From IMG/VR virus record IMGVR_UViG_3300046315_000035: a stretch of 64,000 nt of DNA, one strand, 5' to 3'. This stretch comes from a virus (taxonomy: Duplodnaviria > Heunggongvirae > Uroviricota > Caudoviricetes). Position 1 is the stretch's first letter. Each line of letters begins with the position of its first letter. A program made the translations under genes and the position numbers. Of this stretch, positions 19,231-29,463 are shown piece by piece. The notes under the pieces were generated by a model, which saw nothing but the letters and a program-made list of their open reading frames with translations, was not told where the DNA came from and made no database searches.

Positions 19231-19748
19231 GTCGATTAACATCAATGTCGCCTAATGCATTGAAAGCTGTTTTCTCTCCAGATTCAGACGATGATTTAAT
19301 CATCTTGTTAACCATCTACAATCCTGATAATGAAAGTGAAGTAATTTTCAGATTGGCAGATGGTTACACTAAACGAATCTCAGAGACAGCAGATGATGTA
19401 GTGTATGGTGTTACCAGTAATGGTGCTGATTATACTTTCCTTCCGATGCAAATTTCCTTACCATCTGAAGATGAAGCGCAAGCTCCAAGATGCTCAATTG
19501 TAATGTACGATGTAACTCGGTATTTAACTCCGGTTATTCGAAGCATTACAGCACCTCCAAGAATTAAGCTAGAACTGGTGCTAAGTAAATCACCTGATGT
19601 AGTTGAAGTATCATTCTCTGATTTCTATATCAATAATTTCAACTATAATGCAGACTCAGTTACTGCTGATTTAGCAATGATTGATTACGAAAGAGAACCT
19701 TTCCCTATGCATTCATTTACACCTAGATATTTTCCCGGTATGTTTTAA
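19227..19748 (+). CDS. minor tail protein (lambda gpL-like position)
   Basis: Start taken as TTG at 19227, which overlaps the upstream TGA and has a GGAGG RBS 8 nt upstream. ATG 19245 is an alternative start. Confidence 0.45.
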   Translation: MSRLTSMSPNALKAVFSPDSDDDLIILLTIYNPDNESEVIFRLADGYTKRISETADDVVYGVTSNGADYTFLPMQISLPSEDEAQAPRCSIVMYDVTRYLTPVIRSITAPPRIKLELVLSKSPDVVEVSFSDFYINNFNYNADSVTADLAMIDYEREPFPMHSFTPRYFPGMF

Positions 19749-19757
19749 AGGAACAAT

Positions 19758-22700
19758 ATGAATTTTGAGAAATACATTGGTATTCCTTACGTTGAAAAAG
19801 GCAGGGATGAAACTGGATTAGATTGCTATGGTTTGGTGCGTCTAATTTACAAGAATGAATTAAAGATTGATCTTCCAAGTTTCAGTGCAGAATATACTCA
19901 AACAGATACTGCACGTATTGAAGAGTTAATTGCACAATACAAAGAAGGTTGGGAACAAACAGAAGAGCATGTGGTTGGTTCTATTGTATTGTTTCGAGTA
20001 TTTGGTAACGAATCTCACGTTGGTGTTGTTATTAGTCCTACGCATTTCATTCATGTACGTGAAAATCAAGATACCGTTATTGAGGCCTTAAGTTCAACAT
20101 CTTGGGCAAGACGTAGAGTTGGTTATTTTAATTACTCTGAAAAGAAATCTGTAGTTCTTAACGCAGTACCGCACCCTTTACGCACTGAGCGTTACACAAT
20201 GCCAATTGTTCCGGGCACTACTCTTAAAGTACTAGCTGAAGGTTTAACAAAAGAGTATAATATTGCACCTGAACTAAAGAGTAAAGTATCTGTGATGGTT
20301 AACGGTATGGTTATCCCTCAAGAGAAATGGCAAGACACTGTTTTAAAAGAAGGTGACACTGTAGAGTATCGTGCGGTTCCAACAGGTTCTGCAGGTCGTA
20401 TGCTGGCTATGATTGCTATTGCTGTGATCGCACCTTATGCTGCCACAGCAATGCTTCAATACGCTGCTGTAGGTGCTGCTGCTGCAGGTGCTACTATCTC
20501 TGCTGCTGTAGGTGGTGCTATTTATTTTGGCACTATTGCTGCTGTCAACTTAATCGGTGGTGCTCTAGTTAACGCTATTGCCCCTGTCAGACCACCAGTA
20601 CAAGCTGATAGAAACGATCCCGGTTCTTCTGAGCGTCAGCTAATGGTCAACGGTGGTTCAAACCAACAAAGACCTTACGGTTCAATTCCTGTAGTATTAG
20701 GTAAAGTTCGTGTAACTCCACCATTAGGTAGCACTAACTTTTTAACATACGAAAATGAACGTGATAGTTATCTATCAATGCTACTCGTATGGGGGTATGG
20801 TCCAATGGTTATTGACGCTGATACTTTACGTATTGGTGCAGTTCCATTAAACAGCTTTACCGATTATAATTATATTACAGCTAATCGTATTACAGAATTA
20901 ACTGTAGATAAAGAACGGCAGTTTAACTCCATCTACGGCAAAGATGTAACACAAGTTAATACACAAGTTGAATTAGTTTGTGATGGTAATCCTGAACTTT
21001 CACCTATAACAGTAAATGGTACATATGTTTACGATGGTGAATCAAATGTATCAAGACTTCAGCGTAATTTTTATAATCAAGGTTTTACTGTAGGTCAACA
21101 AGTAACAGTAACTTTTACAGTACCTTCTGGTATTAGCGGTTGGAATCTTACTGTTAACAATGCCTCCAACTTAGTGGTTACTAATATTAACTCAACAACT
21201 AAAAGGGTAGTTTTTAACATTAACTCTGTAGGTTTAATTTCAGGTACAAGTTTTATTTTTGATAAAGTAGGTGGAGATTATCCCGGAACATTTCAAATAG
21301 TAAGCGAAGGTTTAGCTCCCGGTCCTTGGTTTGAAGCTTCTACTGGCACTGAATATGATACAGAAGGCAATATTGTCCCTGTAACTTCAGCTACTCTAGC
21401 ACTACATTTCCCACAAGGTTTACGCAAGATTTATATCAAAGGCGATCAGTCTGGTAATTCTGCTGCTACTGCTGTAAAGTTTAGACTGGAGTATTCAACT
21501 AACGGTGGCATCGACTGGTTATTACTAGAGGGCTTGACAATTGGTGGTGATACTGCTAAAAAAGATGGTTTTACAACTACTAAAACGTACAGCAATTTAA
21601 ACCACAGTCAAATGCTTGTCAGAGTGCGTAGAGAAACTGGTGATAACATCGAAGATAATCCAGACCTACGTTATTACTTTCAAGCTATACTTCAGAATGT
21701 AACTTTCTTACGTAACAATAAACCTGCAGTTGATCCTGTTGGTGCTAAAATTGCAAAAAGTGCTTTTAAGATTAAAGCTACAGATCAACTTAATGGTTCA
21801 CTTCAAGGTATCAGCGCAGTAGTTCAAACATACTGTAAAATCTGGAATGGCAGTGCTTGGGTTGATGGTGCTACAAGTAATCCTGCTGCTTTAATGCGCT
21901 ATGTATTAGAGCATCCTGCAAACCCTCGTAGAATTACTGACGCTGCATCTCAGATTAACCTTACACAATTACAGTACTTTTATAACTACTGTCAATCTCG
22001 TGGTTTTGAGTACAACAGCGTACTAGGTGAAGCTAGAAGTATTCTAGAGGTTATTCGTGACATTTGTGCTGCTGGTAGAGCTAGTCCTGCACTTGTAGAT
22101 GGTAAATGGACAGTAGTAATTGATGAGGTTAAACCTAACGTTATTCAGCATTTCACACCACATAACTCGTGGGGTTTTGAAGGAACAAAAAGCTTACCAA
22201 AACGTCCAGATGGTTTACGTGTAACCTTCTTTGATCAAGACAAGGATTATCAGGAATCTGAAATTATTGTCTATGATATTGGTAAAGGTACAGCTAACGC
22301 AAGTTTGTTTGAAAGTATTACTCTTCCCGGTGTCACCAAACGTTCATTGGTCATTGATCATGCTCGTTGGCACATGGCACAAATTAAGTTACGTCCTGAA
22401 GTTTATACCATTAACTCTGACATTGAATACTTAGTTTGTAACCGTGGTGATCGCGTCAAAGTAATGCACGATGTACCAATGTGGGGTTTAGGTAGTGGTC
22501 GTATTAAGGCTAGAATTTCCAATACTAAGTTACAACTAGATGAAGACCTACCAATGAAAGCTGGTGTTACATACACCATGCGATTCAGAAGTAAAACAGG
22601 TGATTCTATTGTACGTAACGTAGTGCCAAAAACAACAGATGGTTATTACACTGAAATTGATTTAACTTCTGGTGTAACTGCTGCACAAACTGATGTATTA

Positions 22701-24989
22701 GACTTGTTCTTATTTGGAGAGTTACAGCAAGAGGCACAAGACTTGATGGTAATCAGTATCGAACCTTCTGCTAATAATTCTGCAAGATTAACGCTTGTTG
22801 ATTATGGTGTAACAAATGAATATAATATTTTTACACAATATTTAACTTTGACTGCATCTACTGTATTTGAATCTCAAATTACATTACCACCTGCATTGCA
22901 AGTAGAAAACTTCGGTACAAAAACACCACAGATTACTGCTTTCGTAAGTGATGAATCTGTAATGGAAAGAGTTTCCAAAGGTGTTTTCCGTTATAAGATC
23001 AATGTGTCTTTTGTAAATGCAGCACAATTAACAACTACAGTAGAATCTGTAGAAGTTCAATATGATCTCTTAAATTCAACTGCAGATGTTAACTTCAGAT
23101 CAGTTTTTGTTCCTTACCAAAATGGTTCAGCATCTATAATAGATGTAAATCAAGGGGAAACTTATAAAGTTAGAATGCGTTATGTTGCACGTAATGGTTT
23201 AGTTGGTGATTGGTCATCTTACAGTAACCATACTGTTGTTGGTAAAACTAATCCACCATCGGATGTTACTCAGTTTAGTGTAAGTTCAGATAGATCAAGC
23301 GGTCAGTTACTTTTGAATTGGGCTGCAAATCCTGAACCAGATGTTTATACTTATGAAGTAAGAACTCAAGATGCAAATTGGGGTTCTAATGATACCTTCA
23401 GAGTTTTCTATGGTGATGTAAATAGATGTTTTACAAAATTTACCAGCAATGGTTCTGCGTTGTTCTTTATAAGAGCAATTGATACATCTAATAACTATAG
23501 TACAAACACTACTCAAGTTGCATACATTCCGCAAGTTGTACCTAATATTACAGAGATTAGACATTCTTATTCTGATACGGCTTTGACTAGTGCAACGGTT
23601 ACTCTAGAATGGGATGACGTTACAAACTCTGAATTTGGTATAGACTATTATGAGGTATCTTATAACGGTTCATTATCTACTGTAAAAGGTAACACTATTA
23701 CTTTACCTGCTGATTGGCTTGGTGAGAGAGTGTTTACTGTAAAGACTGTCAACATTCATGGTAATAAATCTTCCGGTTTTTCTGATGATGTTTTTAAAGC
23801 TGCACCAAATCCTCCTGTTGACTTAAGAACACAGGTTGTTGATAATACTGTTATGCTTTATTGGACATTACCAGTTAGAACATCTTTACCTATTGACCAC
23901 ATCTTAATTAAGAAAGGTTCTTCTTGGAATACAGCAATTGTCCTTGGTGAAAAGAAGGGTGAATTCACTACTGTTAATGAAAGCACTGGTGGTAATTTTA
24001 CTTATTGGTTAGCTGCTGTTGATACAGAAGGTGTAGAAAGTTCTCCTGTTTCTGTAACTACATTAGTTTCTGAACCTCCTGATTTCGTATTTCATGGTGA
24101 ATTCAGCAGTGATTTCTCAGGTACTAAATCTTCAGCTACATTCGATGGTACAGTTTTGGCTTTACCAGTTAATACAACTGAAACTTTTGCACAGCACTTT
24201 ACAACCAGATCATGGAACACTCCACAAGATCAAGTTAATGCAGGTTTTCCAATTTTCATTCAACCTTCTGGTGGAACAGGTTTCTACGAAGAAGTTTTTG
24301 ATTTCGGTCAACCACTTGCTTCAAGTAGAGTAATGTTAAACTTTACAGGAAATGTTATTGCTGGCTCACCAGTGGTTGTTTCAAAGATCAGTTTGTCTCT
24401 TGACAATTCAACTTATGTGGACTATAATGGAGTTACTGATGTATTTGGATTAAACTTCAAATACGTAAAAATTAGGATTACCGTAACAGAAAACACTAAT
24501 GTAGGTCTGTATGAAATTCAAAAACTTACAGTTAGACTTGATGCTAAACTAAAGAATGATGCAGGTACTACTTCGGCTTTGTCAACAGATGCTTTAGGTA
24601 CTATCGTAAACTTTAATAAAGAGTTTATTGATGTACAAAGTATCACATTGTCACCTTCCGCAACAAGTCCAATTATTCCAGTCTATGATATCAAAGATAC
24701 TTTTGTATCAGGTACATATTCTGTAAGTTCTGGTGTTTGTACAGTTACAATAAACAATCATGGAATGATCACTGGTCAAAACGTAAAATTATTTATTAAT
24801 ACAGGTTTTGGTATAGTTGAGATTTATACTGTAACAAGTTATACAACTAACACGTTTACTGTAAATATGCCAACTGCTAATACAAGTGGTAGCTGTTCAA
24901 TGTATCCTCAATCTTTTAGAGTTTACTTATTCAACAATTCTGGTACAAGAGTAAGCGCAAACGCTTCTTGGTCTATTAAAGGATATTAA
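19758..24989 (+). CDS. tail tip protein (1743 aa): N-terminal NlpC/P60-like, ubiquitin-like segment and long host-specificity (J-like) region
   Basis: The N-terminus GLDCYGLVRLIY...SHVGVV resembles the NlpC/P60 Cys-His hydrolase of lambda gpK. A gpI-like segment follows, then a long beta-rich repetitive region. Confidence 0.7.
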   Translation: MNFEKYIGIPYVEKGRDETGLDCYGLVRLIYKNELKIDLPSFSAEYTQTDTARIEELIAQYKEGWEQTEEHVVGSIVLFRVFGNESHVGVVISPTHFIHVRENQDTVIEALSSTSWARRRVGYFNYSEKKSVVLNAVPHPLRTERYTMPIVPGTTLKVLAEGLTKEYNIAPELKSKVSVMVNGMVIPQEKWQDTVLKEGDTVEYRAVPTGSAGRMLAMIAIAVIAPYAATAMLQYAAVGAAAAGATISAAVGGAIYFGTIAAVNLIGGALVNAIAPVRPPVQADRNDPGSSERQLMVNGGSNQQRPYGSIPVVLGKVRVTPPLGSTNFLTYENERDSYLSMLLVWGYGPMVIDADTLRIGAVPLNSFTDYNYITANRITELTVDKERQFNSIYGKDVTQVNTQVELVCDGNPELSPITVNGTYVYDGESNVSRLQRNFYNQGFTVGQQVTVTFTVPSGISGWNLTVNNASNLVVTNINSTTKRVVFNINSVGLISGTSFIFDKVGGDYPGTFQIVSEGLAPGPWFEASTGTEYDTEGNIVPVTSATLALHFPQGLRKIYIKGDQSGNSAATAVKFRLEYSTNGGIDWLLLEGLTIGGDTAKKDGFTTTKTYSNLNHSQMLVRVRRETGDNIEDNPDLRYYFQAILQNVTFLRNNKPAVDPVGAKIAKSAFKIKATDQLNGSLQGISAVVQTYCKIWNGSAWVDGATSNPAALMRYVLEHPANPRRITDAASQINLTQLQYFYNYCQSRGFEYNSVLGEARSILEVIRDICAAGRASPALVDGKWTVVIDEVKPNVIQHFTPHNSWGFEGTKSLPKRPDGLRVTFFDQDKDYQESEIIVYDIGKGTANASLFESITLPGVTKRSLVIDHARWHMAQIKLRPEVYTINSDIEYLVCNRGDRVKVMHDVPMWGLGSGRIKARISNTKLQLDEDLPMKAGVTYTMRFRSKTGDSIVRNVVPKTTDGYYTEIDLTSGVTAAQTDVLDLFLFGELQQEAQDLMVISIEPSANNSARLTLVDYGVTNEYNIFTQYLTLTASTVFESQITLPPALQVENFGTKTPQITAFVSDESVMERVSKGVFRYKINVSFVNAAQLTTTVESVEVQYDLLNSTADVNFRSVFVPYQNGSASIIDVNQGETYKVRMRYVARNGLVGDWSSYSNHTVVGKTNPPSDVTQFSVSSDRSSGQLLLNWAANPEPDVYTYEVRTQDANWGSNDTFRVFYGDVNRCFTKFTSNGSALFFIRAIDTSNNYSTNTTQVAYIPQVVPNITEIRHSYSDTALTSATVTLEWDDVTNSEFGIDYYEVSYNGSLSTVKGNTITLPADWLGERVFTVKTVNIHGNKSSGFSDDVFKAAPNPPVDLRTQVVDNTVMLYWTLPVRTSLPIDHILIKKGSSWNTAIVLGEKKGEFTTVNESTGGNFTYWLAAVDTEGVESSPVSVTTLVSEPPDFVFHGEFSSDFSGTKSSATFDGTVLALPVNTTETFAQHFTTRSWNTPQDQVNAGFPIFIQPSGGTGFYEEVFDFGQPLASSRVMLNFTGNVIAGSPVVVSKISLSLDNSTYVDYNGVTDVFGLNFKYVKIRITVTENTNVGLYEIQKLTVRLDAKLKNDAGTTSALSTDALGTIVNFNKEFIDVQSITLSPSATSPIIPVYDIKDTFVSGTYSVSSGVCTVTINNHGMITGQNVKLFINTGFGIVEIYTVTSYTTNTFTVNMPTANTSGSCSMYPQSFRVYLFNNSGTRVSANASWSIKGY

Positions 24990-24992
24990 AAT

Positions 24993-25832
24993 ATGGCTAA
25001 TCATTTACAGCCTACAATTACAAGTACTTATGCTAACTTTGTAACTGAAATGGATGCGAGATTTGATGATCTAGCAGTGGGGCTTGACCCCGCTGTTACT
25101 ACAGCAACTAACGTTCCTACAAATTCAATCAGGTGGTCCGGTGCTTCTAATAAATGGCAAAAATACAACGGTTCAGCATGGAATGATTTAGCAGCTACTT
25201 ATGCAATTGCTATCTCAGGTAATGCTGGTACTGTTACAAACGGTGTCTACACCAATGCAACTTATGCAAATCCTGCGTTTATTACTTCTTTAGCTGGTTC
25301 TAAAATAACTGGTGATATTGGTGGTAATGCAGGAAGTGCTACTCAGTTAGCTACTAGTAGAAACATCAACGGTGTACCTTTTAATGGTAGTGCTGCTATT
25401 AGTGTTAACTTAAACAATGGTGTTACTTTTAACAATGCTGGTACTGGTTCAGGTTCAGGTGCTTCTTTTACTGGTGGATCAGCAGTTACTGTTAGTTATA
25501 ACACCATTGGAGCACCTAGTACTTCTGGAGTAGGAGCTACAGGTAGTTGGGGTATTAGTATTAGCGGTAACGCTGCTACAGTGACTAACGGTGTTTATAA
25601 TAATGGTGGTACTTATGGTATTAACATTACTGGTAATGCAGCTACAGCTACCAACGCAACTAGTGCAACTAGTGCAAGCAGTGCAACTTCTGCTACTAAT
25701 GCGACTAATTCTACAAGACTTATAACCACAAATTGGATTGTAGAAGAATCTGCGGGTGTTTTACAAATTAAAACATCTGGTGGTACTTTAAAGTTTGCTA
25801 TGGACACAGCAAATGGTTTTACTGTTTATTAA
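24993..25832 (+). CDS. tail fibre-like protein with Gly/Asn/Thr repeats
   Basis: Repeated SGNAGTVTNGVY and GNAATATNATSATSA units. Confidence 0.5.
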   Translation: MANHLQPTITSTYANFVTEMDARFDDLAVGLDPAVTTATNVPTNSIRWSGASNKWQKYNGSAWNDLAATYAIAISGNAGTVTNGVYTNATYANPAFITSLAGSKITGDIGGNAGSATQLATSRNINGVPFNGSAAISVNLNNGVTFNNAGTGSGSGASFTGGSAVTVSYNTIGAPSTSGVGATGSWGISISGNAATVTNGVYNNGGTYGINITGNAATATNATSATSASSATSATNATNSTRLITTNWIVEESAGVLQIKTSGGTLKFAMDTANGFTVY

Positions 25833-25850
25833 ATTTAAAGGAGGTTACTC

Positions 25851-26171
25851 ATGGCAGTAACAGTTGGTGGAACGTCCATTACGTTCAACGATGGTACTAC
25901 GCAGAGCACAGGTGTATTAAATGCTATAGCTGCGGCTTCTGTTGGTGCTGTTGGTACTTATGCTTTTCTTGCAAGAAGTACAGGGGGTGTAACAGCGGGT
26001 ACAACATACTCTGGATCAGAGATTCAGTATTCAGGGGTTTACAACGGTACATCTCTCTCTACAGGTAATAACGTTGTTTCTGGTGGTTTTAACGGTGTCG
26101 TTTCTGGAACTTGGAGAGCAATGGGTTCTGGTCCAACTTATACAGCTACATTGTTTCTTCGTGTTTCTTAA
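25851..26171 (+). CDS. Gly-rich hypothetical protein (fibre-associated)
   Basis: Strong RBS AAGGAGG. Confidence 0.4.
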   Translation: MAVTVGGTSITFNDGTTQSTGVLNAIAAASVGAVGTYAFLARSTGGVTAGTTYSGSEIQYSGVYNGTSLSTGNNVVSGGFNGVVSGTWRAMGSGPTYTATLFLRVS

Positions 26172-26182
26172 AAGGATAAAAT

Positions 26183-26443
26183 ATGCAAGCATTTTTAACA
26201 TCCGTAAAAAACCCACGATGGGTGAATGCAGATCAAACCGCAATTGACTGCGAAATTACAACCAGTCAGTTTGGTGAGGAAATATTACCATTTACAGCAA
26301 GCCTTTACGATACCGAAGCACATGGTCGAGCGATTTTTGCTGATATTCTTGCAGGTGAATACGGTTCAATTGCAGATTATGTCCCGCCAATCGAACCTGA
26401 AAATATCTTAAAAGAAACTATAGAAGAAACACCCTTGATTTAA
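26183..26443 (+). CDS. hypothetical protein (possible tail fibre assembly)
   Basis: Follows the fibre genes; no clear motif. Confidence 0.3.
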   Translation: MQAFLTSVKNPRWVNADQTAIDCEITTSQFGEEILPFTASLYDTEAHGRAIFADILAGEYGSIADYVPPIEPENILKETIEETPLI

Positions 26444-26476
26444 CCAATTAGTTATGATATAATAGTCTTAACTTTT

Positions 26477-26526
26477 GCCTGAAAGCTTTCTGTTTATTCA
26501 GACAGCTTTCAGGCTTTATTTTTATT
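26477..26526 (+). terminator. strong rho-independent terminator
   Basis: 11-bp perfect stem gcctgaaagct / agctttcaggc with an extendable inner stem, followed by tttatttttatt. An extended -10-like TGATATAAT lies just upstream at 26455-26463. Confidence 0.6.
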
Positions 26527-26562
26527 ACGATTAGAACAATCATATCAATCAAAGGTATTAGT

Positions 26563-26790
26563 ATGTCAGAGCAAATTGAACACCGTGTTATTAAATTAGA
26601 ATTAAAAGTGGAAGATCACGCAGAAGAACTAAAGAAACTGCAAGATATTTCTACAGATTTACGCAATTCTTTATCTGGTATTGAAAAAACGTTAAATCAA
26701 ATCAAGTATCTAGCAATTGGTGCAGTATTAGTTGTACTTACGCAATCAATGGGCATTACTAACGTACTCAAATTAATTATAGGATTATAA
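26563..26790 (+). CDS. holin-like small membrane protein
   Basis: 75 aa with a coiled-coil N-terminus and a C-terminal transmembrane segment, located upstream of the endolysin. Confidence 0.35.
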   Translation: MSEQIEHRVIKLELKVEDHAEELKKLQDISTDLRNSLSGIEKTLNQIKYLAIGAVLVVLTQSMGITNVLKLIIGL

Positions 26791-26791
26791 C

Positions 26792-27283
26792 ATGTTACCA
26801 ATAGTTGCCAGTATTGTCAGTTCTCTTATCGCTAATAACCTTCCACGTATGGCTCAAGCTGTAGTAGACAAAGGTTTAGATTACGTAGAAGAGAAAACAG
26901 GTGTAAAGCTGGAGCCTGATATGTCTGCTGAAAAGATCGCAGAATTAAAACTAGCAGCTTTTAAGCACGAAGAATTCCAAGAAGAGCAGCACAATAAGAA
27001 TACAGCAAGTGCTCGTGAAATGAATGCTCGTGTGCAAGAATCTAGCGTTGCTTCTACCTTAGCTAAAAATGCAGCTTATATTCTAGATTTTATTATCGTA
27101 AGTGCTGCAGTTATTGTATCTTGGCTTGCATTCTTTAAAGGTGTACCTGCCGAGAACAAAGAGATTGTTTACATGGCGTTAGGTTCCCTGTGGACACTGA
27201 CAGGTACTATCATTAACTTTCATCGTGGGTCTTCTCGCAATTCTCAATTAAAAGATGACACCATCAGTAAATTAACCAAGTAA
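26792..27283 (+). CDS. membrane protein of lysis cassette (holin/spanin-like)
   Basis: Central hydrophobic segment AAYILDFIIVSAAVIVSWLAFF. Confidence 0.35.
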   Translation: MLPIVASIVSSLIANNLPRMAQAVVDKGLDYVEEKTGVKLEPDMSAEKIAELKLAAFKHEEFQEEQHNKNTASAREMNARVQESSVASTLAKNAAYILDFIIVSAAVIVSWLAFFKGVPAENKEIVYMALGSLWTLTGTIINFHRGSSRNSQLKDDTISKLTK

Positions 27284-27291
27284 GGTGCAAT

Positions 27292-27738
27292 ATGAAATTA
27301 TCTCAGAATTTTACATTGGATGAATTTACACAGTCAGCTTCTGCTAAACGACTTGGCATCTCTAATGAACCAACACCAGAGGTTATTGCCAATCTACAAC
27401 TGCTTGTAACAAACGTTCTACAACCGCTTAGAATGGCTCTAGGGCGCTCAATTAAGGTTACTAGCGGCTACCGTAGCCCTGCAGTAAATAAAGCCGTTGG
27501 TGGCGTTAAAACAAGTCAGCATAGCGAAGGTAAAGCTGTAGATATCGTTGTGGACGGTGTAGCACCATACGATGTTGTTAAATTCCTAACGGATATGAAC
27601 ATTGAATTCGATCAAGCGATTCAAGAGTTCGGTGAATGGACACACATCAGTTATGACATCAATAGTAACCGTGAGCAAGTATTAACTGCTAAGAAAATTG
27701 ATGGTAAGACTAGATATTTATCTGGTCTTTTCAAATAA
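27292..27738 (+). CDS. endolysin, peptidase M15-type (L-alanyl-D-glutamate peptidase-like)
   Basis: SGYRSPAVNKAVGGVKTSQHSEGKAVDIV matches the Zn-binding H..D..H core of the M15/VanY family. Confidence 0.7.
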   Translation: MKLSQNFTLDEFTQSASAKRLGISNEPTPEVIANLQLLVTNVLQPLRMALGRSIKVTSGYRSPAVNKAVGGVKTSQHSEGKAVDIVVDGVAPYDVVKFLTDMNIEFDQAIQEFGEWTHISYDINSNREQVLTAKKIDGKTRYLSGLFK

Positions 27739-27745
27739 AAGAAAA

Positions 27746-27780
27746 CCCGGATATCCTTTACAGGACTCCGGGTATTTTTA
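27746..27780. terminator. bidirectional terminator between convergent blocks
   Basis: Stem cccgga / tccggg flanked by an A-tract on one side and a T-tract on the other. Confidence 0.6.
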
Positions 27781-27789
27781 CGTCTATAG

Positions 27790-28032
27790 TTATCCTACAA
27801 ACTCTTTTAATTGTTCAGCACTCATGTAACCTGATCTACGTTTCATCACTTGGTTGTCACTCATTAGAAGTACAGTTGGTACTCCACGAATGTCAAATTC
27901 AGTTGTAGCTGTAGGGTCTGCGTCAATGTCTACTGTTTCTACAGGGATACCAAGATCAACACCTTGTAAAGTTTTACTAAGCATTTTGCATGGACCGCAC
28001 CAATGAGCTTTAAATACTACTAATTTTTGCAT
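27790..28032 (-). CDS. trx: thioredoxin
   Basis: WCGPCK active-site motif; 80 aa. Confidence 0.8.
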   Translation of the reverse strand: MQKLVVFKAHWCGPCKMLSKTLQGVDLGIPVETVDIDADPTATTEFDIRGVPTVLLMSDNQVMKRRSGYMSAEQLKEFVG

Positions 28033-28459
28033 TTGTTTCCTTTAAATAATTAATTGCGTTTTCTAAAATAATCGGATTATCTTTAGCCATACCAAGCATT
28101 GAGTTACAAGCTCTGCACAATAATCCTCTGACTAATCCACTTGAATGACAATGATCAACATATAGATATTTATGAGTATTGTCATCTTGATGTATACCAC
28201 ATATCTTACAGTTATAATTCTGTGCTTCCAAAAGTTGTAAGTATTGTTCTTTTGTTAGATCGTATTTATTTTCAATCATCCACCAACGATTAGAATCTGC
28301 TTTCTTATCTCGATTTTTCTCAAACCATTTGTCATTGTAAACTTTTTGACAAGATTTACAAGCAGCTTTCTTACCATCTTTAGAATGTTTGTAATTTGAG
28401 AACTCACTGTAGAGTTTTAATTCTCCACAGCGAGAACAGACCTTATTTAGCCCACACAT
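28010..28459 (-). CDS. endonuclease VII-like HNH nuclease with N-terminal zinc module (homing endonuclease-like)
   Basis: DHCHSSGLVRGLLCRACN matches the endonuclease VII/HNH motif. The N-terminus carries CSRCGELKLYSEF..ACKSCQK. The start is probably ATG at 28459. Confidence 0.65.
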   Translation of the reverse strand: MCGLNKVCSRCGELKLYSEFSNYKHSKDGKKAACKSCQKVYNDKWFEKNRDKKADSNRWWMIENKYDLTKEQYLQLLEAQNYNCKICGIHQDDNTHKYLYVDHCHSSGLVRGLLCRACNSMLGMAKDNPIILENAINYLKETNAKISSI

Positions 28460-29414
28460 CTTGCCAATCACCTGTCAAAGCGCCCTTAGCATAGTCAGTT
28501 ACCCGTTGCTCAAAGAAGTTACTGTGTGTAGTACCAAGCATACCGTCAACCCAAGGTAAAGGATTCTTTTTGATTTTAAATATGCCTTTCAAACCAAGAG
28601 CAATCAATCTGCGATCTGCAATATAACGAATATAAAGTTTAACTTCTTCTTTAGTTAATCCTTGCATTTCATTTACACCAAAGGCCAAGTCGATGAACTT
28701 ATCTTCAAGATCAACCATCTTTTGTGCAATGGTATACAACTGAGATTTTAATTCATCGGTCCAAATGTGCTTGTTCTCTTTAACAAATTCTCTGAATAAC
28801 TTAATCATGCTTTCAGTATGTAAAGATTCATCAACTTGACTCCAAGCAATGATTTGACCCATTCCTTTCATCTTACCGAAACGAGCAAAGTTTAAAAGCA
28901 TCACGAAAGAACTAAACAATTGCATACCTTCTGTAAATGCACTAAATACAGCAACTTGTTGTGCTACTGAATTTTCATCTTGATTAATAAAAGATTCAAT
29001 ATAATCGTGCTTATCCTTCATCTCTTCATACTGTAAAAATTCATTGTATGTAGTCTCTGGCATACCCAATGTTTCGATTAGATGTGAATAAGCTGCAACG
29101 TGAATAGCTTCTCGTGCTGCAAAGCTTGATAGCATCATTCGTACTTCGGGCGCAGGGAAATTTGGTAGATAGTTTGTTACATAAGCACCAGCTACATCAA
29201 TATCACCTTGCGTAAAGAATCGAAAGATGTGCGTAAGAAACTGCTTTTCACTTTCTGTAAGTTTATTCTTCCAATCGTTAACATCTTCGATCATTGGTAC
29301 TTCAGTATGCAACCAATGCATCTTTTCCGACATTAAGAAAGCATCGTATGCCCAAGGGTAGCTAAACGGCTTAAAGTAACTGCGTTTATCTGTAAGTTTT
29401 AATTTTGTTTTCAT
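28443..29414 (-). CDS. nrdB: ribonucleotide reductase small subunit
   Basis: Ferritin-like di-iron R2 pattern (EAIHVAAYSHLIETLG, SFAAREAIH) and position next to the large subunit. Confidence 0.8.
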   Translation of the reverse strand: MKTKLKLTDKRSYFKPFSYPWAYDAFLMSEKMHWLHTEVPMIEDVNDWKNKLTESEKQFLTHIFRFFTQGDIDVAGAYVTNYLPNFPAPEVRMMLSSFAAREAIHVAAYSHLIETLGMPETTYNEFLQYEEMKDKHDYIESFINQDENSVAQQVAVFSAFTEGMQLFSSFVMLLNFARFGKMKGMGQIIAWSQVDESLHTESMIKLFREFVKENKHIWTDELKSQLYTIAQKMVDLEDKFIDLAFGVNEMQGLTKEEVKLYIRYIADRRLIALGLKGIFKIKKNPLPWVDGMLGTTHSNFFEQRVTDYAKGALTGDWQDVWAK

Positions 29415-29463
29415 TTATATCCTTAAAATAGAAAGAGACTGCCGAAGCAGCCCCTATTATACA

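Noticed and set aside
26455-26463. TGATATAAT extended -10 element located only about 14 nt upstream of the strong terminator hairpin at 26477.
   Set aside because: A promoter firing straight into a terminator makes little sense. It is kept only as a note, since the same arrangement recurs before the HEG cassettes.
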